Shown here one piece after another: positions 25,870 to 39,809 of a DNA stretch of 64,000 nt. Origin of the DNA: Octopus sinensis (lineage: Eukaryota); contig NC_043013.1 of the NCBI RefSeq assembly GCF_006345805.1, positions 41,168,001 to 41,232,000 of the forward strand. The letters run 5' to 3'. How positions within the stretch are numbered: position 1 is the first letter of the stretch; every line of letters begins with the position of its first letter. The notes below the pieces were generated by a model. It saw only the letters and a list, made by a program, of their open reading frames with translations. It did no database searches and was not told where the DNA came from. Position numbers and translations under genes: made by a program.

Positions 25870-26572
25870 TTTTAACAAAAGAGGCTCTTAAATAATAACT
25901 ACTGCACATGGAGATACACCAGATACTCTGGTAACACGTTCAGGAGATATGCTACATTATTACCCAACCATGTATGGTGGCTGAAGGATGAAGGAATTCC
26001 ACACGTAATATCATGGAGAACCTTAGAAAATCCGAACCCCTACATAAACGTTGTAAACTGTGTATAGCCGAACGGGCGAGGATATTAAAAGACCTCCTCG
26101 GCCCGGAGAACATATCTAACTCCAGAATGGAAGTCTTTGGACCCAGTTTGCACGGCCGGAAATTCTTGCTGGCGTGGCTTACGAATAAAAGCCAAAGGGA
26201 GACAACTCCCTTTTGTTAGCATAGAGTAACGAAGTCATTTCCTCCTCGATTTTCTAGAAAACCCACTAGCTACAGAGGTCATGTGCCAACAGGTTTTGGG
26301 CTCTGACGATACGCTGTAATGCTAAGCGGTTTATGGACGTGAAACCCAGAATAATTCCATAGACCGGCCTTATCTATCTTTCATGCTTGATCGCTAAATC
26401 CACAAGATTTTATATCTTATTCTCGCTCTGTTTAGTTCCCCTTATTCCTTTCTGTTAAAGAGCGTAGGCTCGAAACGTAACAGATTTTCTCACTTTCCCG
26501 AGGGTCAAAATAATACACCAGCTTGTTGTTCATACACCTGCCTTCGTCTTTTGTTTTTCTGTAAATTTCAAC
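25870..26572 (+). mobile_element. Penelope-like element 3' fragment: GIY-YIG C-terminus plus pLTR
   Basis: NHVWWLKDEGIPHVISWRTL followed by CKLCIAERARILKDLL...NSRMEVFGP.LH.RKFLL, the Penelope CCHH C-terminal region. The pLTR ends at gtaaatttcaac, then (TA)n. Confidence 0.8.
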
Positions 26573-26620
<48 letters not shown>

Positions 26621-26634
26621 TGTATGTATGTATG

Positions 26635-26666
<32 letters not shown>

Positions 26667-28467
26667 CAATTGTAAATAAAGGTAAAAAAGATATTCTTTG
26701 CCAATATGCTAAAAAATAGACGCTAAATTTTCATCTTGAAAGGTATTTTTCATATGCTGGTCACTGATAAAATTTTTAAATAAAATTTTGTCTTTATATT
26801 AGAAGTGTATATATATATATATATATATATATGTACGTACATTTATAAGTTTCCGCACGCGTTCTGTCTACCATATTCACCAATAATGCATTGGTCGGCC
26901 CGTGGCACTTATTCAAGTAGCTACACAAGGAGACTACACTCGAAGCTTCTTGTTGCAAAGTGAACCGACGCAGCCATATCTGCAGTCATAGTAGGCAAAC
27001 CTTTCTTACTTCAGAGTCTATCATCTTAAAAAAGAAAGATGAACACACTGATTATTGTGATTATTGTGTTTCTAGATACACTGTATTTAGAAAAAAATAA
27101 TAAAAATCAGAAAAATTAGCATAACAATGCAGCTATAAAAATGGACAAGTTAAAGCGGTCTGCTCAATTAAGGCTGATTTGATGTTTATCAAAAACCAAC
27201 AGTTCTATGACCGTTCGTATCTGATGTAGAAATTTTACCCATTTTATCATTAGACTTACTACCAAGAAAAAGCAAAACAGACTAAGAAGATTTAATCGAT
27301 TCTTATAGAGATCTAACTCCAGACGTCATCTGCGGCACATTATCAATGATCTATCGTCTGCTTCAACGTAAAGACCTTGTACGCAAAATTATTTGGTATT
27401 GCCCCAAAGAATCGAATAAAAGATGTTTAAAGTCTTTGTTATGTCTGGTATTCCTAACTAAGAAACCAAAATAATTCATTCTATCGATTTTAAGATATTT
27501 TTCTTTCGAAACTATTATTTTTTTCTTATTTTTCTGGCGACAAATGCCCAACTGAAACGTCGTTGATATTTTAAAACATTCTCACACAATAAAGATGAAA
27601 AATTAAGCAATGGTTCATAGTCAACAGATATTTGTTTTCGATATTGAAGAATAGGTTGCTGCTGCTGTTGTTGCCGTTGTTGTTTTGCTTGTTGTTTTTT
27701 TTCTCTCGAATAGATACACGAGTATCAGATGCGATGTGTGCCATTGTTTGTGATTCCTTCATGGAGATTATCACTGTTGCAGACGATATATTCTGTGAAA
27801 TAAAAAGCAAAGAAGATGGAAGAGAAAGGACAGAAAAGAAAGAAAGAAAATGAAATGAGGAGGTGGGGAACAAAATGTAAAGTAAGTAGAATAGTGTTGG
27901 GAAACAAAGGAGAGGGTAGACTGTAATAGAGGAGAAAGATGCTAGAATTTAAGTAGACAAATAAAAGGATGTACACATCCCATATGGAAATTCACGCCCG
28001 CACACGTACGTATATCACACGCGTATACCCAAAGATATACATATACATATGTACACATGTATAATTTAATAACCACTCAGACACAACTGTGTGCGTGTCT
28101 ACGTATATGAATGTCTGATTGATTATGTATGTGAGTAAATATATATGTATGTAATTTAATGTATGTGTGTGCGTGCGTGCATGCTTGTATATTTGTGTGT
28201 GGTAACTGTAGGTTTTAATCCATTCATAAGTTTCTAAGTATTTGCTTCGTGTTGACACGAATTGTGATTGTTGCCGAGAAAACAAAACTTGAGAAAACAT
28301 CACAAAAAAAAGAAAAGCATTTTAAAAAATCACGAAAAATAAATGAAATGCAACATCTGTGTTTGGTGTAGCATTGTTATATGATAGGTGTGGGGGCTTC
28401 ATTTAGTATGTCAAGGAGTTTCTTTTAAAAGTTATTCAATAGGAATTTGGATACGTGTCGACAAGAA

Positions 28468-28538
<71 letters not shown>

Positions 28539-29075
28539 ATATATCATCTGTGTGTGCGCGTCTGTGTTTGTGAGTGCGTGTGTGTGTGAGTGTATGTCTA
28601 TATACATGGATAGAGGACACCTCTACGAAGTTTAAACGTGGAAAGTTATATGATTGCAAAATTCAAATACGTCACCCACATTCCTGTACACATACGCATA
28701 TGTATATACATATATATATATACATATGTATGTATGTGTATACAAACATATATAGACAAATATACATATATATATGCATATATATATACACATATATATA
28801 TATGCATATATATGTATGTATATATACATATAAATGTATATTTATACGTATATATATATATATATATGTATATGTATATATGCATATGTATATAGATTTT
28901 TTAGATATATATACACATACATATATTTATACAACTATGTACATGAATATGTGTATATATATATGATATATTTACGTATAAATATAATATAATATAATAT
29001 ATAATATATATATATATATATACATATAATATATATACATACATATATATATACGTATATATCTATAATATATTC

Positions 29076-29179
<104 letters not shown>

Positions 29180-30443
29180 GCTGAAACTGGAAAAATCAAA
29201 ATCATATACATATATATTTGTTTGTGTATGTATGTATGTATGAATATATATATATATATATATATATATAGCATCACATTGTGGAACAGTAATGTTAGCC
29301 ATTTTAAAGCTCACTCAGAAGGTATCATATTAACTTTTCATCTATTTCTTAATAGTGCAACCTCTTATGAAGGGACAGAAAGTTAATTCGTACGTACGCC
29401 CTAGTTACTGACAATAGTAAGATCGCTAATAGATTTAAGAAAATCTATTAAGGCAAAATAATAAATTTGCTACAAAAATCCATCAAAAATCTACCGTGTA
29501 TGATAGCATAAAAGACACATGGTTATATTAGATGCGCCCTCGGCCCGTCACACTCGCACAAAAGGTTTTAATGCATTAAAGTATAAAAGATACACTCAAC
29601 TTCGCACGTAGGACCCGGAGTGATTCTTTGGGGACATTTTCCTTAACAGAAGTGCCGCATATAATGCCATGTAATACGGTATTTTCAGTATTAAAGTCAT
29701 TGAATACACACACACGCACACTGACATATATACAGGTAGAGCCATCATAGTGATTATACGTATCTCCTTAAAATTTTTTGACAGTTTCTTCGTGTAGGAG
29801 TAACACAAATGTGTGCCAAGAACTTATATATCACTTAGTAAATGAAGAAATTACAGAATATTGTACAAAGTGACAAGAAAGATTGTGTACTTGTTTCTAC
29901 GAAATTTGTACTGAAAAGATAGCTCAAAGTGTAGGAGAAAGATTTAACGGTTATCGGAAGGAGTTTACCGAAGGGGAACCTACATTCACAGCAGAAGAGT
30001 TATACTTCAACGAATTAGTATGAAGATTTTCATACAGCTATTGCGCCAGTAACTATGATGCAAGGGCAACGAAACATCCTAATTCATAACTACTACAAAT
30101 AAGCAATAGATACAAAATAAATATAATTCAACATAATCGTATCTTTTAATGTACACTTAGTTAAATGCGTTTCGATATACGGTCTCGGACCGAGTCTCTT
30201 GGAATTATGTACAACACCACACACACGCACACACACAAACACACACACACACATACACACACATATATATATATAAGGCAAATAAGAAAATGGGGAGGAT
30301 ATTCGATCGACAAACATCATCCTGTAGACAAATATTTATATCTTTATTAATTGGATATAAATACGTAGGTATACATCCAGTAATATATTGGATATTTATT
30401 ATCCCTTAGATGGTTGCTTAACCTCTAACTCATACAGACAGAA

Positions 30444-30600
<157 letters not shown>

Positions 30601-31319
30601 CCTATATGTATATGATTTAGAGAAAAACCACTATTAAACAATTCAATAAAGAAAGATGTTATTCACACCATATAGAAAACATATACTATAAAGAAACTTT
30701 ATTTTAAATCAATAAAGTACAATAAATAGTAAATAGTAGTAAAACGACTCCGCACGTTTCATGGCTATATTTTCAAATAGATAATAATAATGAAACACGT
30801 CCTTGTTTTCTGTCCTTGTTTTTGTATACATTCACTGCTTTCTTCCAAGGAATCTAATGCTCTTAGCTTAGTTTTTCCTTGGGACTGGCCAGATTGGAGA
30901 AATCTCGAGTATAACCAGCCGAAATTGCAAAGATAATCTTGAACTCGACTCATGAAAGAAAACTTCGAATGACCCGTCCATGTTTTTTATTGTCCCTCTT
31001 TTGTATCATCTGTCTCGATGTTTTGTTGTCTCTTTTTTGTATCATCTAGCTGTCTGGATGTTTTGCGTTCTTGTGTGTGTGTGTTTATTTGTGTGTGTGT
31101 GTATTTGTGTGTCTGTATTTGCCCCCTCTCCCAATCGCTTGACAACTGATTTAGGCGTGTTAACGTCCCAGTAAGTTAGGTGTTTAGCAAAATATATCAA
31201 TAAAATATGTACTAGGCTTACAAAGACTAAGTCCTCAGGTCGATTTGTTTGACTAAATGTGGTGTTCCAGCATGGCTGCCAAATGACTGAAGCAAGTAAA
31301 ATATACATACGCACGTACG

Positions 31320-31351
<32 letters not shown>

Positions 31352-31354
31352 AGA

Positions 31355-31676
31355 GCACTCCGTCGGTTACGACGACGACGGTCCCAGCATATGCGATCGT
31401 CAGAACAGCTTGCTTCTGAATTTAAATTGCAAGTGAATGAGCACTCCACAGACACGTGTACCCATAACGTAGTTCTCAGGGAGATTCAGCGTGACACAGT
31501 GTGTGACAAGGCTGGTCCTTTGAAATACAGGTACAACTCATTTTTGCCAGCTGAGTGGACTGGAGCAACGTGAAATAAAGTGTCTTTCTCAAGAAGAAAA
31601 CGCATTGCCGGGAATTGAACTCACGACCTTACGATCATGAGCCGAATGCCTTAACCACTAAGCCACGTACCTTCAC
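31355..31676 (-). mobile_element. tRNA-derived SINE, family C
   Basis: Minus strand has head gtggcttagtggttaaggcattcggctcatgatcg...gttcaattccc and ttcttgagaaagacactttatttcacgttgctccag. A paralog lies at 40806-41123. Confidence 0.85.
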
Positions 31677-31723
31677 ACATATACACACACATGCTCAAAC
31701 ATACGCACACATATGTATATATA

Positions 31724-34700
31724 CACTAACCAAAATAAGTTTTAAGATCGATGATGACAGTTCTATTTCCTCATTAATATATTTTAAACAATACTGTATA
31801 AAATTATTTTACTTGTTACAATTTATGCAGAATTTTCTTCTTCTTTCGAATGATATAGGCGTTATATATCTTTCTACATTTGAATAATTTTAATGCGCAA
31901 TTAATTCTAATGATTAGAAATTGTCGGCAATATAAGTTTAAGACCGTACTAAGATTATGCAAATTAATAAACCAAATGGTGGTCATATGGCTGGTCGTGC
32001 TGCACCGTTTTGTTTACTAATCGAGCATTGTTACACATTAATTCGGTATGTGAAAGCGTCGTAGTATCTGCCCAGTTTCTGATCAAAGGTTGTGTTGCTT
32101 CATCAGCAAAATGTGTCCTTCATGAACATTAGCAAGCAATTAGGATGCAGCAAAACGGCTCATCTTCAAGCATGGAAGCTCTGTCACACCACTGGTCAAT
32201 ACAAAGATCAGAAAAGAATGGGCGCTCCGAGAAAAACAACAGTACAGAAGGATCAGCGAATTCATAGGCTCTCTGAAGGTAACCGAATGCTAACAGCTGT
32301 GGTCATTTGCAAGCAATAATCTGATGAATCTGACATCAGTTTTACACCACAGGCAGTCAGAAACCGCCTAAAAGAATATGGACTGTTCGCCCGGATCGCT
32401 CGAAGGAAGCCGATAATTTCTGTGAGGAACCAGCGGAAGTGGGTCAAATTTGCTAAAAACCATGTTGAATGGACGGCCGAAGACTGGCCAGAAGTTCTTT
32501 GGAGCGACGAATCCCGCTTCTGCATTTTTGGATCAGACGGAAAGTCATATGTTTAGGCCGTCCAAGTGAAGAATTCCATCTTGTATCAAGAAAACGACAC
32601 AAGCGGGAGGTGGGGGAGTAATGGTGTGGGCCGCATTCAGCAGGTTAGGTGTTGGTCCAATTGTTAAGCTTGATGGCAGACCAAACAGTGTATGTTATCT
32701 GCAATTAGTGAATGAAAATGTGCTGCCATATTTAACCCCTTCATGCTGATCGTTCGTTTAAACTGACCATTTATAAGAGTATAAAGCGAATACGTACTTG
32801 ATATGAATTGTGATTTGTGTATGATTTGTATCAAAGAATTAAACATGTTCTTAACGCCATGCAGTCTGTTTTAACAAACGCTTGCACCATAACTTGTAAC
32901 AACCACAGTTACGCAACATAGCAAGTACAAACAGGATGTGCAGTAAATGGTAAGCCAATTATTTTCAATTATTTAATTCTGTAGGCATTATTGTGGTTTC
33001 TTATGTGTTTTTCCTTTTATGATTATAGGTGAGATGACTGCTATTATTTGTTACCATTCTAGATTGATGTAGACAAAATAAAATATAACACTGTCCGTTA
33101 TTACGGACATCCGGCAACTTGAAATAAAACAACACATCTAATATTTTATGCGTATTGATATAGCTGCGCGTTATAAATAGCCAATATGATATGTATGAAA
33201 TAATCTCTGGCTTTTATTTACAATAAATTTTGCGTCCACACATCTCTATATCACTGCAATTTTTTCTTTCAGTCTTACAACAGCGGAAACCCTAGCATTA
33301 TTGGAAGTACCGAGCAATGGAGGCAATGTTCACATGGGACCCCCTCACAATATAGAACTCTCTGAAGGCGACAGTGATGCTTCAGATGATGAGGCGGTAG
33401 GTTCCTCGGTTCGACTGAAAGGAGGGCTTCTGGAAACGGACACACAAATTCCCTGTCAACAGGTTATGCCTGAAGAAATTGAAGAAGTTACAGGAAATCT
33501 AAAACAAACTAAATTCAGTAGAAGAAGAAATTGGAAGAAAAACGAAACAGTGAATCGTGTTTCAACTTTATGTGAGCCTGTAGATATATCCGAGGAAGCA
33601 AAATCTTGCTCAAATCCAGTAGATTTCTTTAGTCTGTTCTTCACAGATGAATTACTGGGTGACATTGTTGAACAAACAAACGGATATGCTGTTCAAAACG
33701 GTAAAGTTTTGAATGTATGCAAATCGGAGCTGTATGTATTCTTTGGTGGATTGCTTCTGTTAGCTGACTGTCTACTCCCTAATAAAAGAAGGTATTGGTC
33801 ATCTGAAGACAATGTTCCAAAAATTTACATTTAGTGGATAACGCCAATCTTTTAGGTGATGATCGTGGATTGAAACTCCGACCTCTACTTGACCATTTAC
33901 AAAAAAAAAAAAAATCAAGGCACATGGTGGCTTGGGAGAACTTCTCTCTGTAGGCGAAAGTATGATTCCATATTATGTCAAGCACTATGCCAAACAATTT
34001 ATAAAAGGGAAACCAATTCTGTTTGGTTTCAAGGTTTGGGCCCTTTGTTCTCAGCATGGTTACATATACATGCATGACTTTGACCTCTATACTGGCAAGA
34101 AAGACGGTCCCTACAAAACCGAAAATGCATTTGGCCTAGATGGGAACGTTGTCCTTGATCTCATTGATGCTGTAGGAGTACCGGACAATATAGGTTTCAA
34201 AACACATGTGATAATTATTTTATAAATATTCAATTGATGGAGAAACTTTTTGAAAAAGGAATATGTGCATTGGGAACCTGCAGAGAAAATAGGACGTCTA
34301 GATATCATTTCAAAACGAAAACTGAAATGAAAGCATGCCCCAGAGGAACCGCTGATTTCAAGTCCACTTCAAATATGGTCGCTGTGAAATGGAAAGATAA
34401 TAACGATGTTGATCTGCTATCAAACTTTGAAACCTATAAAATGTCCACTGTTGAGCGCTATGATAGGCCTCAAAAGAAATATGTTCTAATTCCACAGCCT
34501 GAACGCATCCAAAATTACAACAAATATATGCGATTTGTTGACCTTCTGGATCATAACATCGGTTCCTATAGGATTCAAATGCGGCAAGATAAATGGTGGT
34601 GGCCTATTTTTTCATATTTTGTATCTGTGGTAATCCAAAGTACATGCATCTTGATGAATAGAGCAGGACACAAAATTACGTTATACAATTTCATCGAAAA

Positions 34701-35741
34701 CATTTCTCTAACTCTAATGAAAATGTAAAACGCACATCAGTTCATTTGAAAGACAATGCAAGATATGATGGTGTTGAGCATTGGATTAAACATATTTGAA
34801 ATGAAAGGAGATGCAAAGAGTGCTCTGGGATAGGTAATTTCATGTGTGAAAAATGTGGGAAAAATGTCCATTCCAAATGCTTCAAGAAGTATCATGTTCA
34901 GTAAAGCTGTATAGTTTCATTTCAAAAGGATAAATTTTACAAAATAAGTTTTCAGTTTAGCCTCTAAATACGCAGATTGCACAGTTAACAAGCTTATTAA
35001 AGATTCATGTGCATAGTGCCTAATCTCCGTTATATCTGACAGTGATTATTTCAGGAAATATCAAACGGATTTCAATGAAATTTTTTTCAGTTGTTATTTA
35101 GGTCAAGATAATAGTATCTGGGAATTTTCAGGCAGTTTCATTCGCTAGAAAAATTTCAGATGGCACCGGGATCCATTTTCCAGCAGGACAATTGCCTCGT
35201 TCATAAGGCTAGGAAAGTTTTGCAATATTTTGAGCGCAATAATATGGTGGTTATTGAGTGGCCTCCGCAGAGCCCGGATCTCAATCCGATAGAAAATTTA
35301 TGGAATTATGCTTCTAAAAGTGTTCACGCTAAAAACCACCAACAAATTTGTCCCAATTATATAATTTTATTGAAGAAATATGGCAGAACATTCCAAGGGA
35401 TTTTTGTGCTTATTTGTCGAACTCCATGTCCCGCCGTTGTGAGGCCGTAATTGAAAATAATGGCTATGGAACTAGATACTAATAAATTTTTGTTCGTTGG
35501 TCATTTGTGCCGTTAATTTTCACTTTAAACAAAATAATGTTGTTTCGGTTTTATACTTATTTTGCCGACAATTTCTAATCATTTGAATTAATTCCGCATT
35601 AAAATTATTCAAATTGCAGAAAGATATATAATACCTATATCATTCGAAAGAGAAAAAAAATTCTATATAAACTGTTGTTAAAAATAAATTAATAAATGAA
35701 TAAAACTGTCATTATCGGTCTTAAACTTATATTGGCCAGTG
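31724..35741 (+). mobile_element. Tc1 (DD34E) element, about 1.6 kb, split by a piggyBac insertion
   Basis: TA TSDs at 31722-23 and 35742-43 with about 200-bp TIRs. Transposase motifs: G.PRKTT, ARRKP, VLWSDESRF, and after the insertion FQQDN-(34 aa)-NPIENLW. Confidence 0.92.
32736..35010 (+). mobile_element. piggyBac (PGBD2/3-like) transposon, degenerate transposase, right TIR not found
   Basis: TTAA at 32732-35 followed by CCCCTT. Motifs: DFFSLFFTDELL, ESMIPYY..HYAKQFIKGKP..FGFKVWALC, DNYF, WKDNNDV, YNKYM..VDLLD, KWWWPIF, and a C-terminal Cys-rich domain CKECSG...CEKC...HSKCFKKYH at 34810-34900. Confidence 0.9.
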
Positions 35742-35798
35742 TATGTATGTATATGTATATATAATAATAATGATAATAATAATAATAATAATAATAAC

Positions 35799-35839
<41 letters not shown>

Positions 35840-36126
35840 ACAGCACATACCCAAGGCACACAGAACTGCGCTCGGTAGTGAAGTGAAAGAACGCTATAAA
35901 AATAAAACTACTGAATAATAATAATAATAATAAAAAATAACTAATAAAATAACTAATAAAAGAGTAAAGAAAAAAGCATACATATAGTGGGTGTGTTTAT
36001 TTCACAAAATAGATAAAATGACTATCGCGAAACACAACAATGTACATACATACATACATACGTACATACATACATACGTACATACATACATACATACGTA
36101 CATACATACATACGTACATACATACA

Positions 36127-36185
<59 letters not shown>

Positions 36186-36316
36186 GTATGTACATTTAAA
36201 TATATTTAAAGGGAAAAATTAAATTTTTTCCTTTATGAGTTTTTCAATCTAACTACTTGATAATTTCTTATAAAGATGTTATCCTATTTTTAAATTGTTC
36301 ATACATACATACATAC

Positions 36317-36351
<35 letters not shown>

Positions 36352-36683
36352 GAAACTAATGGCATATATATATATATGCCATTAGTTTCGTGTCGTAAAA
36401 GATCTCTCAACGATTATAAAGCTTGCCACATGAAAACATTGGTACTTGGCTCCATCTTGGATAAGAAGAGGTTAAGGACACCGTGTAAGTACATAAGTAT
36501 GTAAGTACACACATTGTGCCCTTACCGTCTTTGTTTCATGCATAGTATTTCTTGGACTACATCTTCCAATCTGTTCTTCCTTTTCGAAACTGATGAGACA
36601 TGTTTTGAGGAAGAATTTGCTGCTGCTGTGTCTATGTTACTTTTCCACATCACATCCTACTTCGTTATTATATATACAAAAAG

Positions 36684-36878
36684 GGCGGCGAGCTGGCATA
36701 ATCGGTAGACATATTTCGCCCGTCGCTACGTTCTGAGTTCAAATTCCGCTGCGGTCTAATTTGCCTTTCATATTTTCGGGGTCGGTAAAATAAGTACCAG
36801 TGAAACACTAGGGTCGATGTCATCGGCTAGTCACCTCCCACCAAATTTCAGACCTTGTATCTATAGTAGAAATAATTA
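36684..36878 (+). mobile_element. SINE family B
   Basis: ggcggcgagctggca head and aaatttcagaccttgtatctatagtaga tail. Confidence 0.85.
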
Positions 36879-37934
36879 TACATACAAGGGTATACATATA
36901 CAAGCACAAATACACACGCATACGGGATTTTTCAGAATCACAACATTAAATATAATCATAGACACATATCGCAATATACGCATATTAACAGCCATACTCA
37001 CACGAATACACAGAAACGCACACACACACACACATACGCACACACACACATACGCACACAGACACAGATACACACACGCGCACACACAAGCATATGCATG
37101 CGCACATGCACAATCACACGTACGCTAACAAACCCACGAAGCCAGTGTGTCTGATTGGGTCTTAAAGGGGATTATGAGAATCACTGACTATAATCTTCAA
37201 CCATTCAAACTCTACTCTATTATTGAGACAGGAAGCATGAAATTACCAATTACATCGATTAATTCGTTATTTCATCCAACCACATATCTAATGCAGTCGT
37301 CCAGAAAGTAAACATCCAGTTAATTGTCCCCTTGTTCCGGTTTCAATTTGTTGTAACTTTTCTAACTTCAGTTTAACCTGGGTTCAGTATGTTGCAGCAC
37401 TCAAAACTTCTTTTAACGGAAGCGAATAAGAGTAATCACCCCTTGATAAGAACTTTTCATTACTTTAAGTCACAAAATCTGTCCTGTTCGTTGCACTTAT
37501 AAAAGCAAATAAATTTTGTCCTGTGGTCCTACTGAAAACTGGGATTCGAATCTGTCGTATTTTGAATAATACAGCACAAAGTTTGAAATATCAAACGTCT
37601 CAACCAGACAAAAAAAAAAAAAAAACTTTGAGTAGTAAGTTGAGCGAAATAGCATAATTGGAAATTGAAACCGTGTCTCAAGTAGAATTTTACAGACCTA
37701 CGTTTACGCTACAAACAAGCGCTCCGCATAGGTGGAGAAAAGGTATACCTAGCAACTTACCTAATTGAGCTCCATAAAGACTTATATTAATGACATCAAA
37801 GTTATCCATACCTCACTTTCAACAAGCATCCTTGTTAAAGGAAAGATATTCTAATGAACATAATGATATTCAGATAGCTTTGTGTGATATCAGTGTATCT
37901 TGGGGCAGAATTGATGTCTTTTAGGAGTCATATA

Positions 37935-39790
37935 CAGGGAACCACCGATTAACACAACTTTGAATTGCTCGATTCTTGAATTAACTCGGTCATAATTGAC
38001 ACTAAAGCTGAAGAGAAAAATTCTAAAATTATAAATTGACCCAAAATCCCGAGAAACTCAAACACACAGCGTATTAGTCAGACTTTAGTAGAGAGCCATT
38101 TGACAAGATCACAATCACGGTAGGGCACTCGGCATTATGTGTTGTATAGTGGTTATCAGTCAATTTAATTGCAGTTTCCTCCTTTTTTCTTATATCTATA
38201 GATAAAACCAAGGTGTCTAACCTCGATTAACATAGTAATATACACCAAAATAAATAAAACTTTAGTTACAATGTAGTAAAAACAAGATTGACAAAAAAAA
38301 GTTCTGATGTTGAGACGAAGAGGAAAGCATTTATCGATAAACTGAAAGTTATAAAAAGATGCGAACGTGAGGATAACACAATAAAAACAAGGCGTGACTG
38401 GGAGATACATGAAGCAACAGTGAAAACAGTTATGAGACGTAGATGACTGTAAAACGAAAGAGGTAAAACGGTATCAACTTCAGGTACAGAATATTTACGT
38501 AATAGAATCTGTCAGTTGAAATGAAGTGTCTTTTGCTTTTGTGGATGGAAAATTATAACAAAAAACGAATTCTACTATAACACTGTGACTATTATAATGA
38601 ATGCTTTAGACATCTAAGTAGTTCTTAAAAAAATTAACAAGTTAACAAAAAGGAAATGATGTCCTAGTGGGAAATGAAAAAAAGATTCTTGCTATTTTTG
38701 GTTGATTTTACAAGTTTAAAACTCGAACAAGAATTTACAATGTTCTTATAACAGGTATTGCTACGAGTGAAGAAAAAGAAAATCCCAATAATTGAAGTCG
38801 ACAACCAAAGGAATATACAATGTTAATAAAACAGCTCTATTCTGGAAAACAATTTCATTTAAAATCTTTTTTTGCGAAGAAAGAAAAATTGCAGCACATT
38901 AGTGGCGGAAAATCACTGAACGCTCCCATTGGGAGAAAACGCTGAAGGTGATTTTAGATCGAAATCCATGTTAATATATCATTGCGTCATACAATTCCAG
39001 TGTTCTTAAAAGCTATAACCAAGGAGCACAACCAGTATTTTTACTATTTTAACACGGGTAACAAAAGCACATTTTGTAAATTGGTTTTCAATTTATTTTT
39101 GACCAGGCGTAGGAAAGTATTGAAAAACGATCTAACTTTCAACGATTTATCGATTAGAGGCAATGCCGTTGGTCATCCCAGTGCACATAGGGACTTGCGT
39201 GAAGATGTAGAATCTATATGTTTCCTCCTCATCGAACACGAAATCCCTTTCACAGTCTATTGACGTAGGAGCAATAGCTTCTTTTAGGGCTACTATTTCA
39301 ACAACTTTTGTACAATTAAAGTTACAGCAAGAGAAAATGCAATTCCATTGTAGAACTTGGAAACAATTTAATATAATAGATGCCATTGAAGATATTCATG
39401 AATGATGGGAATTAGTAGCAACAAGCAATAAAGGAAACGTTTGGAAACATATTTTACCGCATTGTGCTAACGATTTCAATGACTTTCTCTAACAAGAAGA
39501 AATTACTGAACAAATAGCTGCTAACATTGCAAAAGAGTTTGGTTTTCTGTGAAACTGACTGTGCAGATGTTCGTGATTTACTGGAATTACGTCGGAGGAA
39601 TTAACTGGTCATGACGTTCTTCGTTTCAGTCAACAGCTTGCATAGCAAGAAGCTAAGAATGAAGTTGATGAAAATGAACAAGCTAAGAAAGGAATTTGAT
39701 ACGATATTTCATGAATTTGAAAAGTTCAAACAGCTAATAGATATCCAATTCCAACATCGAATGCAAGTTTGGTGAGGGTTGGACAAATAA
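37935..39790 (+). mobile_element. Degenerate pogo/Tigger (TIGD-like) transposon
   Basis: TA followed by CAGGGAACCACCGATTAAC left end. Remnants of a CENP-B HTH (KRKAF..DKLKVIKRCER; WFYKFK-like) and of DDE_1 (YNVNKTALFWK, GNAEGDFRSK.MLIY, NAVGHP, DVGAIASF). Heavily frameshifted, right TIR not found. Confidence 0.75.
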
Positions 39791-39809
39791 TTGTGCTAAC
39801 GTAGGCAGA

